A DNA stretch of 64,000 bases from the NCBI GenBank assembly GCA_963786105.1, contig CAWAXX010000012.1, positions 96,001 through 160,000 on the forward strand, read 5' to 3'. The notes beneath the pieces are model-generated. The model was not told where the DNA came from, ran no database searches, and worked only from the letters and a program-made list of their open reading frames with translations. Below, piece by piece: positions 10,145-18,466 of the stretch (positions are counted from its first letter, which is position 1; each line of letters begins with the position of its first letter). This DNA comes from Vulcanimicrobiota bacterium (GTDB lineage: Bacteria; Vulcanimicrobiota; Vulcanimicrobiia; Vulcanimicrobiales; Vulcanimicrobiaceae). The position numbers were made by a program, and so were the translations under genes.

Positions 10145-11365
10145 ATCTCTACGACTGAAATTGCTCCGGTAGCTCCCGAAGAAGACCAACTCGCGCTCGA
10201 ACAGCAGCTCTACGAAGAGTCGCTTAAAGTCCTGGACGAGGGTCAAGTCCTCACCGGCACGATCGTCCAAAAAGATAAGGACGAACTGTTGGTCGACGTC
10301 GGCGGAAAATCCGAAGGCGTACTTCCGTTTCGCGAGCTCTCGCTCGCCATCGATCCAAAACTGCTCAAGGTGAACGATACCCTCGAGGTCATGATCCATC
10401 GCATCGATGACATGGACGGGACGCTCTTCTTGTCGGAACGTCGCGCGCGAGCGCTCAAGACGTGGGAGAAAGTGATCGAAGCGCACGAGCACGACGAAGT
10501 CATCGAAGCCACCGTCACGCAGGTCGTCAAAGGCGGCGTCCTGGTCGACCTAGGGATGCGCGGCTTCGTGCCGGCATCGCAGATTCGTCGCCAACCGGTC
10601 GGCAATCTCGACGAACTCGTCGGACAACGGCTGCGTCTCAAAGTAATCGATCTCGACCACAAGCGGCATCGCGTCGTTCTGTCGCAGCGCCTGGTGCTTG
10701 AGGAAGAGCTGCAGGCCAAGAAGCAGGAGCTGCTCGACACGCTCGAGGTCGGTCAAATCCGCGAAGGCGTGGTCGTACGCTTGGCCGATTTCGGCGCGTT
10801 CGTGGACCTGGGCGGAATCGACGGTTTGATACACAACAGCGAACTCTCGTACGCTCGCATCAAGCACCCGTCGGAAGTCGTGAAAATCGGGGACGTCGTG
10901 CACGTCGAGATCATGAAGTTCGATGCCGAAGCGAAGAAGGTCAGCCTCTCGCTCAAACACGCGTTGCCCGATCCGTGGGACGAGCACGCCGACAAGCTCT
11001 ACGAGACCAACAAGCTCACGGCCCAGGTCGTGAAGGTGACGCCGAACTATCTGCTGGTCGAAGTCATCCCGGGCATTCTGGCGATGGTTCCGAAGGGTGA
11101 GTTTGACGCGGCGGCACAGTACAACCCGGGTCAGGACGTCGAGGTGACGCTGCTGACGATCAATCACACGACGCGACGCATTACGGCGTCGATCCAGCAC
11201 GTCGCCGACATTCCTCCCGAAGAGATCGAGCAGCTCGTGGTTCCGGAGATCGACGTTATCGCGCCGCCGGAAGCGAGCGACATTGCAACCGACGAGCCGG
11301 CAAGTCCGGAAGTTGCGCAAGCGTCGGCGACGGATCCTTCGATAGAACCGCCCGTCGCGGAATAG
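10145..11365 (+). CDS. rpsA: 30S ribosomal protein S1 (about 4 S1 domains plus acidic tail); probable non-canonical ATC start
   Basis: S1 repeats ([45 protein letters not shown]). The frame stays open upstream of the tracked TTG 10289 (...[19 protein letters not shown]...) back to TAA 10127. AGGA lies 8 nt before ATC 10145. Confidence 0.88.
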   Translation: MSTTEIAPVAPEEDQLALEQQLYEESLKVLDEGQVLTGTIVQKDKDELLVDVGGKSEGVLPFRELSLAIDPKLLKVNDTLEVMIHRIDDMDGTLFLSERRARALKTWEKVIEAHEHDEVIEATVTQVVKGGVLVDLGMRGFVPASQIRRQPVGNLDELVGQRLRLKVIDLDHKRHRVVLSQRLVLEEELQAKKQELLDTLEVGQIREGVVVRLADFGAFVDLGGIDGLIHNSELSYARIKHPSEVVKIGDVVHVEIMKFDAEAKKVSLSLKHALPDPWDEHADKLYETNKLTAQVVKVTPNYLLVEVIPGILAMVPKGEFDAAAQYNPGQDVEVTLLTINHTTRRITASIQHVADIPPEEIEQLVVPEIDVIAPPEASDIATDEPASPEVAQASATDPSIEPPVAE

Positions 11366-11391
11366 CGGTCGGATAGGCGGCGACGCGGCCC

Positions 11392-11985
11392 ATGCGCGTG
11401 GGCTTGACGGGCGGGATCGGATCGGGGAAGACCGCCGTCGCAAAACTCTTCGAAGAGTTCGGCGCATTCGTCATCGACACCGACGTTCTCGCACGTGAAG
11501 CCGTCGCTCCCAATAGCGACGGCTTTCTTGCAATCAAGCGAACCTGGCCCGAGGTCGTGCGTCACGGCGTACTCGACCGTGCCGCGTTGGCCGAGATCGT
11601 CTTCAACGACCCGGCGGCGCGCGAGCGCCTCAACGGGATCCTTCATCCCCACGTTCGTCGCATGGCTCTCGAGCGAGAGGCGCGTGCCCGGCCCGGGCAG
11701 CTCGTGGTTCACGTCGTGCCGCTCCTCTTCGAAACCAACTACGACGCGCTCGTGGACAAGACCGTACTGGTCGCGGCCCCGCCGGCAGTGCGCCTCGCCC
11801 GCATCGCGGGGCGCGATCGTCTCGACGAGGCCAGGATCCGGGCGCGGATGGCGGCGCAAATTCAGCCCGACGAGGCCCGGGCTCGTTCGGACTACGTCAT
11901 CGAGAACGACCGCGACCTGGCCGGCCTGCGCGAGCGCGCGAGAGAGACCTACGAGCGGCTCACCGGCCAGCCTGCCGGTTCCTGA
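11392..11985 (+). CDS. coaE: Dephospho-CoA kinase
   Basis: GLTGGIGSGKT, IDTDVLARE, LDRAALAEIVF, LNGILHP, VPLLFE. Confidence 0.96.
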   Translation: MRVGLTGGIGSGKTAVAKLFEEFGAFVIDTDVLAREAVAPNSDGFLAIKRTWPEVVRHGVLDRAALAEIVFNDPAARERLNGILHPHVRRMALEREARARPGQLVVHVVPLLFETNYDALVDKTVLVAAPPAVRLARIAGRDRLDEARIRARMAAQIQPDEARARSDYVIENDRDLAGLRERARETYERLTGQPAGS

Positions 11986-11996
11986 GAGATTCCTAA

Positions 11997-12021
11997 GTTT
12001 ACCGAGCGCTCGGAAGGGAAA
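11997..12021 (+). promoter_or_regulatory. SigB/SigF-type general-stress promoter candidate
   Basis: GTTTA-N14-GGGAAA about 50 nt upstream of a GsiB-like gene; fits the GTTT-N(12-16)-GGGWAW pattern. Confidence 0.55.
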
Positions 12022-12069
12022 GAGTAGCTTTGTATTCACCACTCCCCCCATCCGAATGAGGTCTTAACC

Positions 12070-12288
12070 ATGGCCACGCAAGAATCCGGACAATCCGGCG
12101 GCATGAGCGTTCGCGAAGCAGGTCGCCGAGGCGGCGAACGGGTCAAAGCAAAATACGGCTCGGAGTTCTACGAAGAAATCGGGCGCAAAGGCGGCGAAGC
12201 CACCAAAACCAAGTACGGCCCTTCGTTCTACGAAGTAATCGGGCAAAAGGGCGGGCAGCGCCCCAAGCGCAAGACGGTTTCAGCCTAG
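12070..12288 (+). CDS. KGG-repeat (GsiB/Em-like) general stress protein
   Basis: MSVREAGRRGGE, YGSEFYEEIGRKGG, FYEVIGQKGG; GAGG SD. Confidence 0.9.
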   Translation: MATQESGQSGGMSVREAGRRGGERVKAKYGSEFYEEIGRKGGEATKTKYGPSFYEVIGQKGGQRPKRKTVSA

Positions 12289-12370
12289 ATACTTGGGAAG
12301 CACCCAAACGTCGAGACCCTAGGCACCTCTACGTAAGCACCTCCGCAATCCAAATGGCTCGTAAGGACCG

Positions 12371-12682
12371 ATGGCTGAAAAGACGAACGAGGGCGCCGAG
12401 GGGCGCGAGATGTCAGTACGTGAAGCGGGAAAAAAGGGCGGCGACACCGTGCGCGACCGCTACGGTTCGACGTTTTACGAAGACATAGGCCGCAAAGGGG
12501 GCAAGGCGACGCGCGACCGGCACGGCGTCGAGTTTTACGAATCGATCGGCCAAAAAGGCGGCAAGGTCGTCAAGGAAAAGTACGGCTCGGATTTCTACGA
12601 AGAAATCGGCCACAAGGGCGGCCAGAAAGTCAAGAAACTCATCGCGGAAGCTAAGAAAAAACTCCGCGAAGAAAAACCCTAA
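12371..12682 (+). CDS. KGG-repeat (GsiB/Em-like) general stress protein
   Basis: MSVREAGKKGG followed by three FYExIGxKGG repeats; AAGGA SD. Confidence 0.9.
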   Translation: MAEKTNEGAEGREMSVREAGKKGGDTVRDRYGSTFYEDIGRKGGKATRDRHGVEFYESIGQKGGKVVKEKYGSDFYEEIGHKGGQKVKKLIAEAKKKLREEKP

Positions 12683-12783
12683 GCAAGCCCCGATTTGTCC
12701 ATATCGTCTTCGCCTCAGGCCTCATTTACCATAGTAAACTTCGGCCCTCGGCTCCTCGATCTGGAACAAATCCGAGCTTGCTT
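12681..12783 (-). ncRNA. About 100-nt irregular long hairpin between convergent genes (structured RNA or bidirectional terminator)
   Basis: Minus strand pairs: AAGCAAGCUC/GGGCUUGCUU, GAUUUGU/ACAAAUC, CCA/UGG, AUCG/CGAU, GCC/GGC, GGGCC/GGCCU, GUUUAC/GUAAAU, with a UAUG loop and purine-only central internal loops. Confidence 0.45.
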
Positions 12784-12790
12784 TTGGCAG

Positions 12791-13348
12791 CTATTTGTGG
12801 ATGTCGACTTGGCCGTTCATTTTGCCCAGGTGGATCGTGTTCGCGTCGAAGTCGACGGTAATTCCGTCGATGCGTAACGTCTGACCGTTGGTGTGGATAT
12901 AGGCGGGGTGGTCCATGTGTAGCAGCTTCGCATTGTTGGTCCAGGTGACGAGATCGGTATCGAAGGCGCGTTTCTGGGCGTCGTTGATGCGCTCGACGTG
13001 CACTTTTCCGATGGCGGTGAAGTCCAGCGATTGGATGTCGACTTGAATGTGTTGCGCGGAGATCCTTAAATAGGGTTTTCCTTTGCGGAAGACGATGCCG
13101 TTGCGGACGCCGTCGACGCTGCCCGACATTCCGTCCGGCGACAGATGGGCGGAATCGTAGTCGAAGCTCCAGGACTTCGTCGTAATGCGATTGTTGAGCA
13201 CGTGGCCGCCGTGCAGATTCATCGAGACCGACGAAGGCGGAATAGGCGGCGTGCCGTAGCCTGCCAAAATTACCTCGACGATCACGTACACGCCGAAAAG
13301 GACCGCGGCCACCGTCGCGACGCGTTTCCAAGCGATTCGCTTAAGCAA
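12791..13348 (-). CDS. LPS export periplasmic protein LptC-like
   Basis: Single N-terminal TM followed by beta-jellyroll-like sequence (KSWSFDYDSA, FTAIGKVHV, DTDLVTW). TTG 13348 overlaps the lnt 3' end; other Lpt genes nearby. Confidence 0.65.
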   Translation of the reverse strand: MLKRIAWKRVATVAAVLFGVYVIVEVILAGYGTPPIPPSSVSMNLHGGHVLNNRITTKSWSFDYDSAHLSPDGMSGSVDGVRNGIVFRKGKPYLRISAQHIQVDIQSLDFTAIGKVHVERINDAQKRAFDTDLVTWTNNAKLLHMDHPAYIHTNGQTLRIDGITVDFDANTIHLGKMNGQVDIHK

Positions 13349-14825
13349 CGCGGTCGCCGCCCTTGCGCGGAACGAACAGCAGCGTAACGTACAACCACAG
13401 CAGCGCGAGCGCGATGGCCGTCGGGCCAACGCGCGAGAAAATCGTCGGTACGCGCGGCCCTACTTTACCGGGCACGATCGCTTGTTCTTCCATGTGGCTG
13501 CGCGCTTGCCACCTGCCGTCGGGCGCAATCACCCCGCTGATCCCGGTTGCCGCCGCACGCACGACGTAGGCGCCGCTTTCCACCGCCCGGAGCTGCGCGA
13601 TCTGCGCGTGCATGTAAGGACCCGACGTCGTACCAAACCACGCGTCGTCGGTACTGATTACTAAGAGTTGCGCGCCGCGCCGGACCTGCGCGAAGGCGAG
13701 GTCGGCGAACGCCGACTCCCAACAAATCAGCGGCGCGACGCTCAACGCGGCGGTCGGGTATACGCCGTCGACCTTCCCGGTCGAAAATCGGCCGCTCAGT
13801 TCGCCGACGTAGGGCAGCCACGAAAGGAACGCGCGGCCGGGAAACGATTCGGCGAACGGCACCAGCTGACGCTTGCCATACGTCTGGTACGTGCCGTCCG
13901 GCGCAAAGATGTACAGCGCGTTATACATGTGCCGTCGCCGCAAGCTCAAGCTGCCGGCGACGATGGTCGCGCGGGTCTGCACGGCGAGGTCTTGGAATTG
14001 GCGCATTAACTGCGGATCGAGATCGAGCGTCGTGGTAATGACGGTCTCGGGCCATACGATGAGCTTCGGTTTGCGCGGGGCTGCCGCTTGCGTCATCGTG
14101 GTGTAGCGCCACACCGCCAGGTCCAGGGCATTCCACTTTAGCGATTGCGCGATATTGCCCTGAATCGCCGCGACCTCTATCGACGGCGGCGGGAGCCGGC
14201 GCGCCGGCCAGGCCAGCCATGCGATCGACGCGAGCAACGCAACGATCGCAGCCGCTGCGGCAAGCGGTCGCGGGTTGCGGCGACGGATCGCGTCGGCCAA
14301 ATACGCACCGACGACGCACAGGACGAACGTAATCCCGTACGAGCCCGCGTAGGCCGCAATCGCCCGCAGCGGTGTGTCGGCTTGCGTGTATCCGAGTTGG
14401 TCGAACGGCGCACCGAGCAGGCCGATCGATCGCAGCCACTCGGCAATGGTGAACGCCGCCGCGGCTCCCAACGGTGCGAGATCCGGTCGCATGCGTCGAT
14501 ATGCAATTGCGGCAAGCACGCCGGCGAGCGCAAAGAACGGCGCTTCGATGAGCGCCGGTCCGAACATCAGGAACGGACCGAAAATCCCGATATAGCCGCC
14601 GACCGTATGCCCGATCCACGAAAAGCCGATCGCAAAGAAAACGATTCCCGCGAACCAACCGAGCAAAGCAGCCCATTTCAACGAGGCGCCTTGCCAAATC
14701 CAAAACAATCCCGCCATTGCGAAGGGAACCAGCCACGCAGCGCCGAGTTTAGGGAAGGCCGCCGCGAGTGCGACTGCTGCGCAGGCGGCGACGCCGGCAT
14801 CGCGCAGGCGCGACGAGGTAAGCAT
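13341..14825 (-). CDS. lnt: Apolipoprotein N-acyltransferase
   Basis: QGNIAQ, VWPET, YNAL, GKRQLVPFAE, PLICWES, STDDAWFG, RAVESG. Start taken as ATG 14825. Confidence 0.93.
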   Translation of the reverse strand: MLTSSRLRDAGVAACAAVALAAAFPKLGAAWLVPFAMAGLFWIWQGASLKWAALLGWFAGIVFFAIGFSWIGHTVGGYIGIFGPFLMFGPALIEAPFFALAGVLAAIAYRRMRPDLAPLGAAAAFTIAEWLRSIGLLGAPFDQLGYTQADTPLRAIAAYAGSYGITFVLCVVGAYLADAIRRRNPRPLAAAAAIVALLASIAWLAWPARRLPPPSIEVAAIQGNIAQSLKWNALDLAVWRYTTMTQAAAPRKPKLIVWPETVITTTLDLDPQLMRQFQDLAVQTRATIVAGSLSLRRRHMYNALYIFAPDGTYQTYGKRQLVPFAESFPGRAFLSWLPYVGELSGRFSTGKVDGVYPTAALSVAPLICWESAFADLAFAQVRRGAQLLVISTDDAWFGTTSGPYMHAQIAQLRAVESGAYVVRAAATGISGVIAPDGRWQARSHMEEQAIVPGKVGPRVPTIFSRVGPTAIALALLWLYVTLLFVPRKGGDRVA

Positions 14826-15564
14826 GATTCGTAAATTAAGTTTTGGTTTAGTGCTCGTAACGGCGTTCATCATTGCGGCCTGCGGCAAGCAAGTCACGCC
14901 AAACCCACCCGGCTTGGGTGCGGGCGGCGCGCTTCCCGGCTACATGAGCGTGAAGTTTGACATCGCCGGCCAATTCAACTTTTCGAGCTATCAGTATTGG
15001 ATGGTTTTCAACACGAGCGGCAACGGCTTGACCCCGTTGACGAATCCTCAGCAAACCAACTGGGCAGCCTACTCGTCGTCGCTGTTCGTCGGCGGCAACG
15101 GCGGCGCCACGTATGCCAGTGCGATCCAGTTCGTCAAGAACTCGAACCCGGCCATCCCGCCGGCCTTTGTCCGGTTGATCACGACGCCGCAGCAATTCCA
15201 GTACATTCCCAACAGCAACGGAACCGGTTCGGAGTACCAGATGACGTTCCAACGAACGATCTTCACCCCGATCAACGCAACCGCGACGCCGAGTCCTCCC
15301 CCGGTCTCTCACATCTGGCAGTTCAACGCATTTACGACGCAGGCTACGGTTCAGAATCAGCTGATCTTTCTGGATTCCATGGGACAGGGCGGCGCTACGG
15401 ATACGTCGTTCTCGTCGCCGCAGCTCGACATCAATACCTGCTTCGACCAAACGTTCTACAAGCAGCAAGACATCAATCCGCCCAGCGATCCGGCGGCCCA
15501 AATCGTCAGCGTCGAGATCGCGAACAATCCTAGCCCCGGCCCGCACTCGAGCCCTTGTCCCTAA
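14824..15564 (+). CDS. Hypothetical lipoprotein
   Basis: MIRK n-region, hydrophobic core and IAAC lipobox; GAGGT SD at 14815-14819; mature part rich in Asn/Gln/Thr/aromatics. Confidence 0.8.
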   Translation: MIRKLSFGLVLVTAFIIAACGKQVTPNPPGLGAGGALPGYMSVKFDIAGQFNFSSYQYWMVFNTSGNGLTPLTNPQQTNWAAYSSSLFVGGNGGATYASAIQFVKNSNPAIPPAFVRLITTPQQFQYIPNSNGTGSEYQMTFQRTIFTPINATATPSPPPVSHIWQFNAFTTQATVQNQLIFLDSMGQGGATDTSFSSPQLDINTCFDQTFYKQQDINPPSDPAAQIVSVEIANNPSPGPHSSPCP

Positions 15565-15579
15565 GCGAGGCGTCCGGTT

Positions 15580-15747
15580 ATGCACGATCGCGGAATCGAA
15601 TGTTCGCACGAACCATGCAGCTGCCTGGTGATCGCTCTCGTCGGTTCGGGCGAAGCCTACTGCAGCGACTTCTGCAGTTCGGCCGAAGAGCGTAGTCTCG
15701 AGTCCGAAAGCTGCGCTTGCGGCCACCCGCAATGCGACGCGATTTAG
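15580..15747 (+). CDS. Bacterial metallothionein (SmtA/BmtA-like), 55 aa, absent from the ORF track
   Basis: MHDRGIECSHEPCSCLVIALVGSGEAYCSDFCSSAEERSLESESCACGHPQCDAI; 8 Cys and 3 His; GAGG SD at 15567-15570. Confidence 0.8.
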   Translation: MHDRGIECSHEPCSCLVIALVGSGEAYCSDFCSSAEERSLESESCACGHPQCDAI

Positions 15748-15765
15748 TGCTTCCCAATCGACGCA

Positions 15766-15952
15766 GTCCCGATGAGTTAACGCTAACGCGACAACGTTTT
15801 TTTGGGGCGCCCCAGGGGAATCGTTCAAAGCCAAGACGTTTAAGCGCCCCATGGTTTGGGGGCCCCACGAAGTGGGGGGCGCGGAGGCTGGGCCGGAGCG
15901 CCTTTCAAATCTCGAACGTTGTCTCAAGCTAGAAGTTAAAGGTCGATGGGAT
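15766..15952. ncRNA. Candidate structured RNA or DNA fold-back (possibly 6S-like), about 135-190 nt
   Basis: GACAACGTT(15790)/AACGTTGTC(15915), GGGGCGCCCC/GGAGCGCCTT, branched apex with CCCCAC-GAA-GTGGGG; outer pairs TTAAC/GTTAA and GTCCC/GGGAT. Confidence 0.35.
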
Positions 15953-18460
15953 GATCGAGCCGGGTTGGCCGATGGCGAACGTCGCGGTTTGGTTCGGAAA
16001 GGCTAGTAAACTCAAGCCCACGTTGACCGATTGAGACGCCTCGCTGTAGAGCACTTGCACTTGATAGCAATTCCCGATGGTGCGCGTGTAGTAGATGACC
16101 TTGTTGGAGAAGAGTTCGGGCCCCTTCCATTGCAAGTCGGTAACGAACTGGAGCGACGCGTCGCGCCCGAACGGCGTCGAGAGCTGCAGATTGGTCGTTT
16201 CAAACCCGAGCCCGGGGCCCGGTGAGAAAGAACCGCTTAAGAGCACGACCGACCGCGCCGACGGTCGCGCGGTGATCTGATAACTGACCGGTTGCGCCAT
16301 ACCATCGAAGTTCGTCGAAAAGCCTAACGCCACGGTGTACGTGTCGTCGTTGAAAAACCGAATGAGATCCTGAGCGTTCTTGAGATTTTCGGTCGGCTGT
16401 TGGTCGAGATACTGAAATGGAACGAGCGCCGGCCCGTTATAGTTCGCCTCATTGTACGTTAGGGAGTTTACGATGTGTTTGCCGATCGGCGTCGTGAGAC
16501 TCGCCGATTGTTCGACCGTGCCTTTGAAGTCGCCGGTTCCGTACGCATACTGATCGACGTTAACGGTCGCCTCGAAATCGCTGCCCCAAATCTTGGCCAG
16601 CGCCGGCCCGAACACGATGCCCGCGTCGCCGCGCCACGTCGCGAGGCTGGTACTGCCCGGAAAGGCTGCTGGGGGCTCGCTGTATTCGCCGATGGTGAGC
16701 TGCGCCGACATCGGGATGAAGAAATGCGGAAAAAACTCGTACGGGCGAACTTGAAACTCGGGAATTTTGTCGATTCCAAATCCTTGCTGGGCGTACGTTT
16801 TGTCGTATTCCAACTGATAGTCCGCGCCGGCAGTAGTGTAATGCATCAAGTAATCGAACTCGCTACTCGCGTCGTACGACGACGTCCCGAAATTCGACGA
16901 ACTGTTGGAAATGTTCAAACTGACGGCCTGGTCGAGATTTGGGTTAAATTGCCGGGTGTCGGTAAACGAAAAACTGTTGCTGCTCGATTGCGTACCGACG
17001 GAACTATGCGAGTACGAATAGTTCTGCGACGTGTTTTGCGTTTGATGGACTATGGCGCCGCTCAAGGTTTCGTTGGGCGGAATGTTCGTGAGCGCGCCGT
17101 AGTTCGACTGGTAGCCGAACTGAAAATTTCCACGTAAATGCTGGGAAAAATTCTCTTGCTCCTGGGCTGCAACGTTGTACGTTCGAGAGCCCTGCAATTT
17201 ATCGTTCATGGCGTAAAAATTGATGCTGACCGTGCGGCGCCCTCGCTTGCTGGAATAGAAGCCGACGTAGCCGATGCCGAGACCGGCCTTGGTAAAGTAG
17301 TTGACGATGTAGTAGCCGTAATAGTATTGGTCTTTCCCAAAGGGCACGTGGAACTTTATCCAGGCTCCCTCGTACGAGTCGTAGCCGACCTCCGGGAAGA
17401 ACTGCGGTCGCGCGCGCTGATCCTCGACCGTGCGCAGCGGAATGACGAGTTTCGGAAGATAGAAGATCGCGGCCGCTCCAAGCCACAGCACCGCTTTGTT
17501 TATCACGATCTTGTCGCCGGGGACGACGTCGATGCTCTTGCCGGTGACGTGATAGCCGGCTCGCGGATTCTCGCACGTCGTAACGAACGGATTGATGCCG
17601 TGGGCGGTGCCGTCCTGGTCGGTGTGCAGATCGTCGGCCTTGAAATGCACGAATCCCCGCTCGACGCCCTGCGCGCTCTCGCCATTGCCTTTTACGAGTT
17701 TGGCCGTTTCGGACACCGTGTCGAAGGTGATGACGTCGGCCGTGAGCACGGAGTCGTGCGTGTGATTGATCAAGAACGGGTGGCCGGTAATCGTGACCGT
17801 CCTCTCGCCGTCGAAATGCGCTTTGTCGCCGACGATTTCTTCATCGCGATAGTAGATGTGAACGTTGCCGATGGCGTCTCCCGGTTCGCCTTTTTTCGTG
17901 CCGCCGTTGACCGTGTCGGCAATGACGGCAACGTATCCGGGCGTGAGGGTCGGCGCGCCGGTAGGCGTCGGCGTCGGCTCGGGAGTTGAAACTCCCGCCG
18001 GGGTCATCGGTGGCGGCGTCTCGCCGCCTCGAATGAGAAACACGGGCTCGCCCGACGCAACCGGGCTGGTGGTCGGGGTCGGAACCGGCGGGGGGCTCAC
18101 TTCGGCCGTCGACCCTGGTTGCGGCCGGGGCGTTTGCAAGAGCTGAAAGGTGCCGTTGCCGGCCCCCGGTTGAGAGCCCGGCAAACCTGGGGTCGTCACC
18201 GGTCCGGGCGACGCGCTCGGAGACGCGCCGCTCTGCGGCGAGGCGGACGGCTGCGGCGTCGTCTGTGCGACGGCCTCCTCGAGAAAGCTCGTATCGACGT
18301 GCCGGCCGCACGTCTGTTTGGCGACGAGCATCAACGCGAGCGCCTGGTCGTTGTCGTCGGCGTTGAGCGAGCTCGCCCAGGTCGGAACGGCACCGGCGGC
18401 GAGCACTCCAAAGCACGCGATCGCAGCGAGGCTGCGTATATTCAATTTGCCGAACGGCAA
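15929..18460 (-). CDS. lptD: LPS-assembly outer-membrane protein LptD/OstA-like
   Basis: Signal peptide, Pro/Thr linker, OstA-like jellyroll (AIGNVHIYYRDEEIVGDKAHFD), FVTTCENP..YHV, IFYLP, aromatic-rich beta-barrel ending in Phe; follows lptF/G. Confidence 0.75.
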   Translation of the reverse strand: MPFGKLNIRSLAAIACFGVLAAGAVPTWASSLNADDNDQALALMLVAKQTCGRHVDTSFLEEAVAQTTPQPSASPQSGASPSASPGPVTTPGLPGSQPGAGNGTFQLLQTPRPQPGSTAEVSPPPVPTPTTSPVASGEPVFLIRGGETPPPMTPAGVSTPEPTPTPTGAPTLTPGYVAVIADTVNGGTKKGEPGDAIGNVHIYYRDEEIVGDKAHFDGERTVTITGHPFLINHTHDSVLTADVITFDTVSETAKLVKGNGESAQGVERGFVHFKADDLHTDQDGTAHGINPFVTTCENPRAGYHVTGKSIDVVPGDKIVINKAVLWLGAAAIFYLPKLVIPLRTVEDQRARPQFFPEVGYDSYEGAWIKFHVPFGKDQYYYGYYIVNYFTKAGLGIGYVGFYSSKRGRRTVSINFYAMNDKLQGSRTYNVAAQEQENFSQHLRGNFQFGYQSNYGALTNIPPNETLSGAIVHQTQNTSQNYSYSHSSVGTQSSSNSFSFTDTRQFNPNLDQAVSLNISNSSSNFGTSSYDASSEFDYLMHYTTAGADYQLEYDKTYAQQGFGIDKIPEFQVRPYEFFPHFFIPMSAQLTIGEYSEPPAAFPGSTSLATWRGDAGIVFGPALAKIWGSDFEATVNVDQYAYGTGDFKGTVEQSASLTTPIGKHIVNSLTYNEANYNGPALVPFQYLDQQPTENLKNAQDLIRFFNDDTYTVALGFSTNFDGMAQPVSYQITARPSARSVVLLSGSFSPGPGLGFETTNLQLSTPFGRDASLQFVTDLQWKGPELFSNKVIYYTRTIGNCYQVQVLYSEASQSVNVGLSLLAFPNQTATFAIGQPGSIIPSTFNF

Positions 18461-18466
18461 TCTAAG

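Noticed and set aside
12100..12630. Recurring DNA motif (TTCTACGAA...ATCGG...AAAGGCGG) at about 66-bp period, superficially array-like
   Set aside because: These are in-frame 22-aa KGG protein repeats with synonymous variation; there are no invariant repeats with unique spacers and no cas genes, so not CRISPR.
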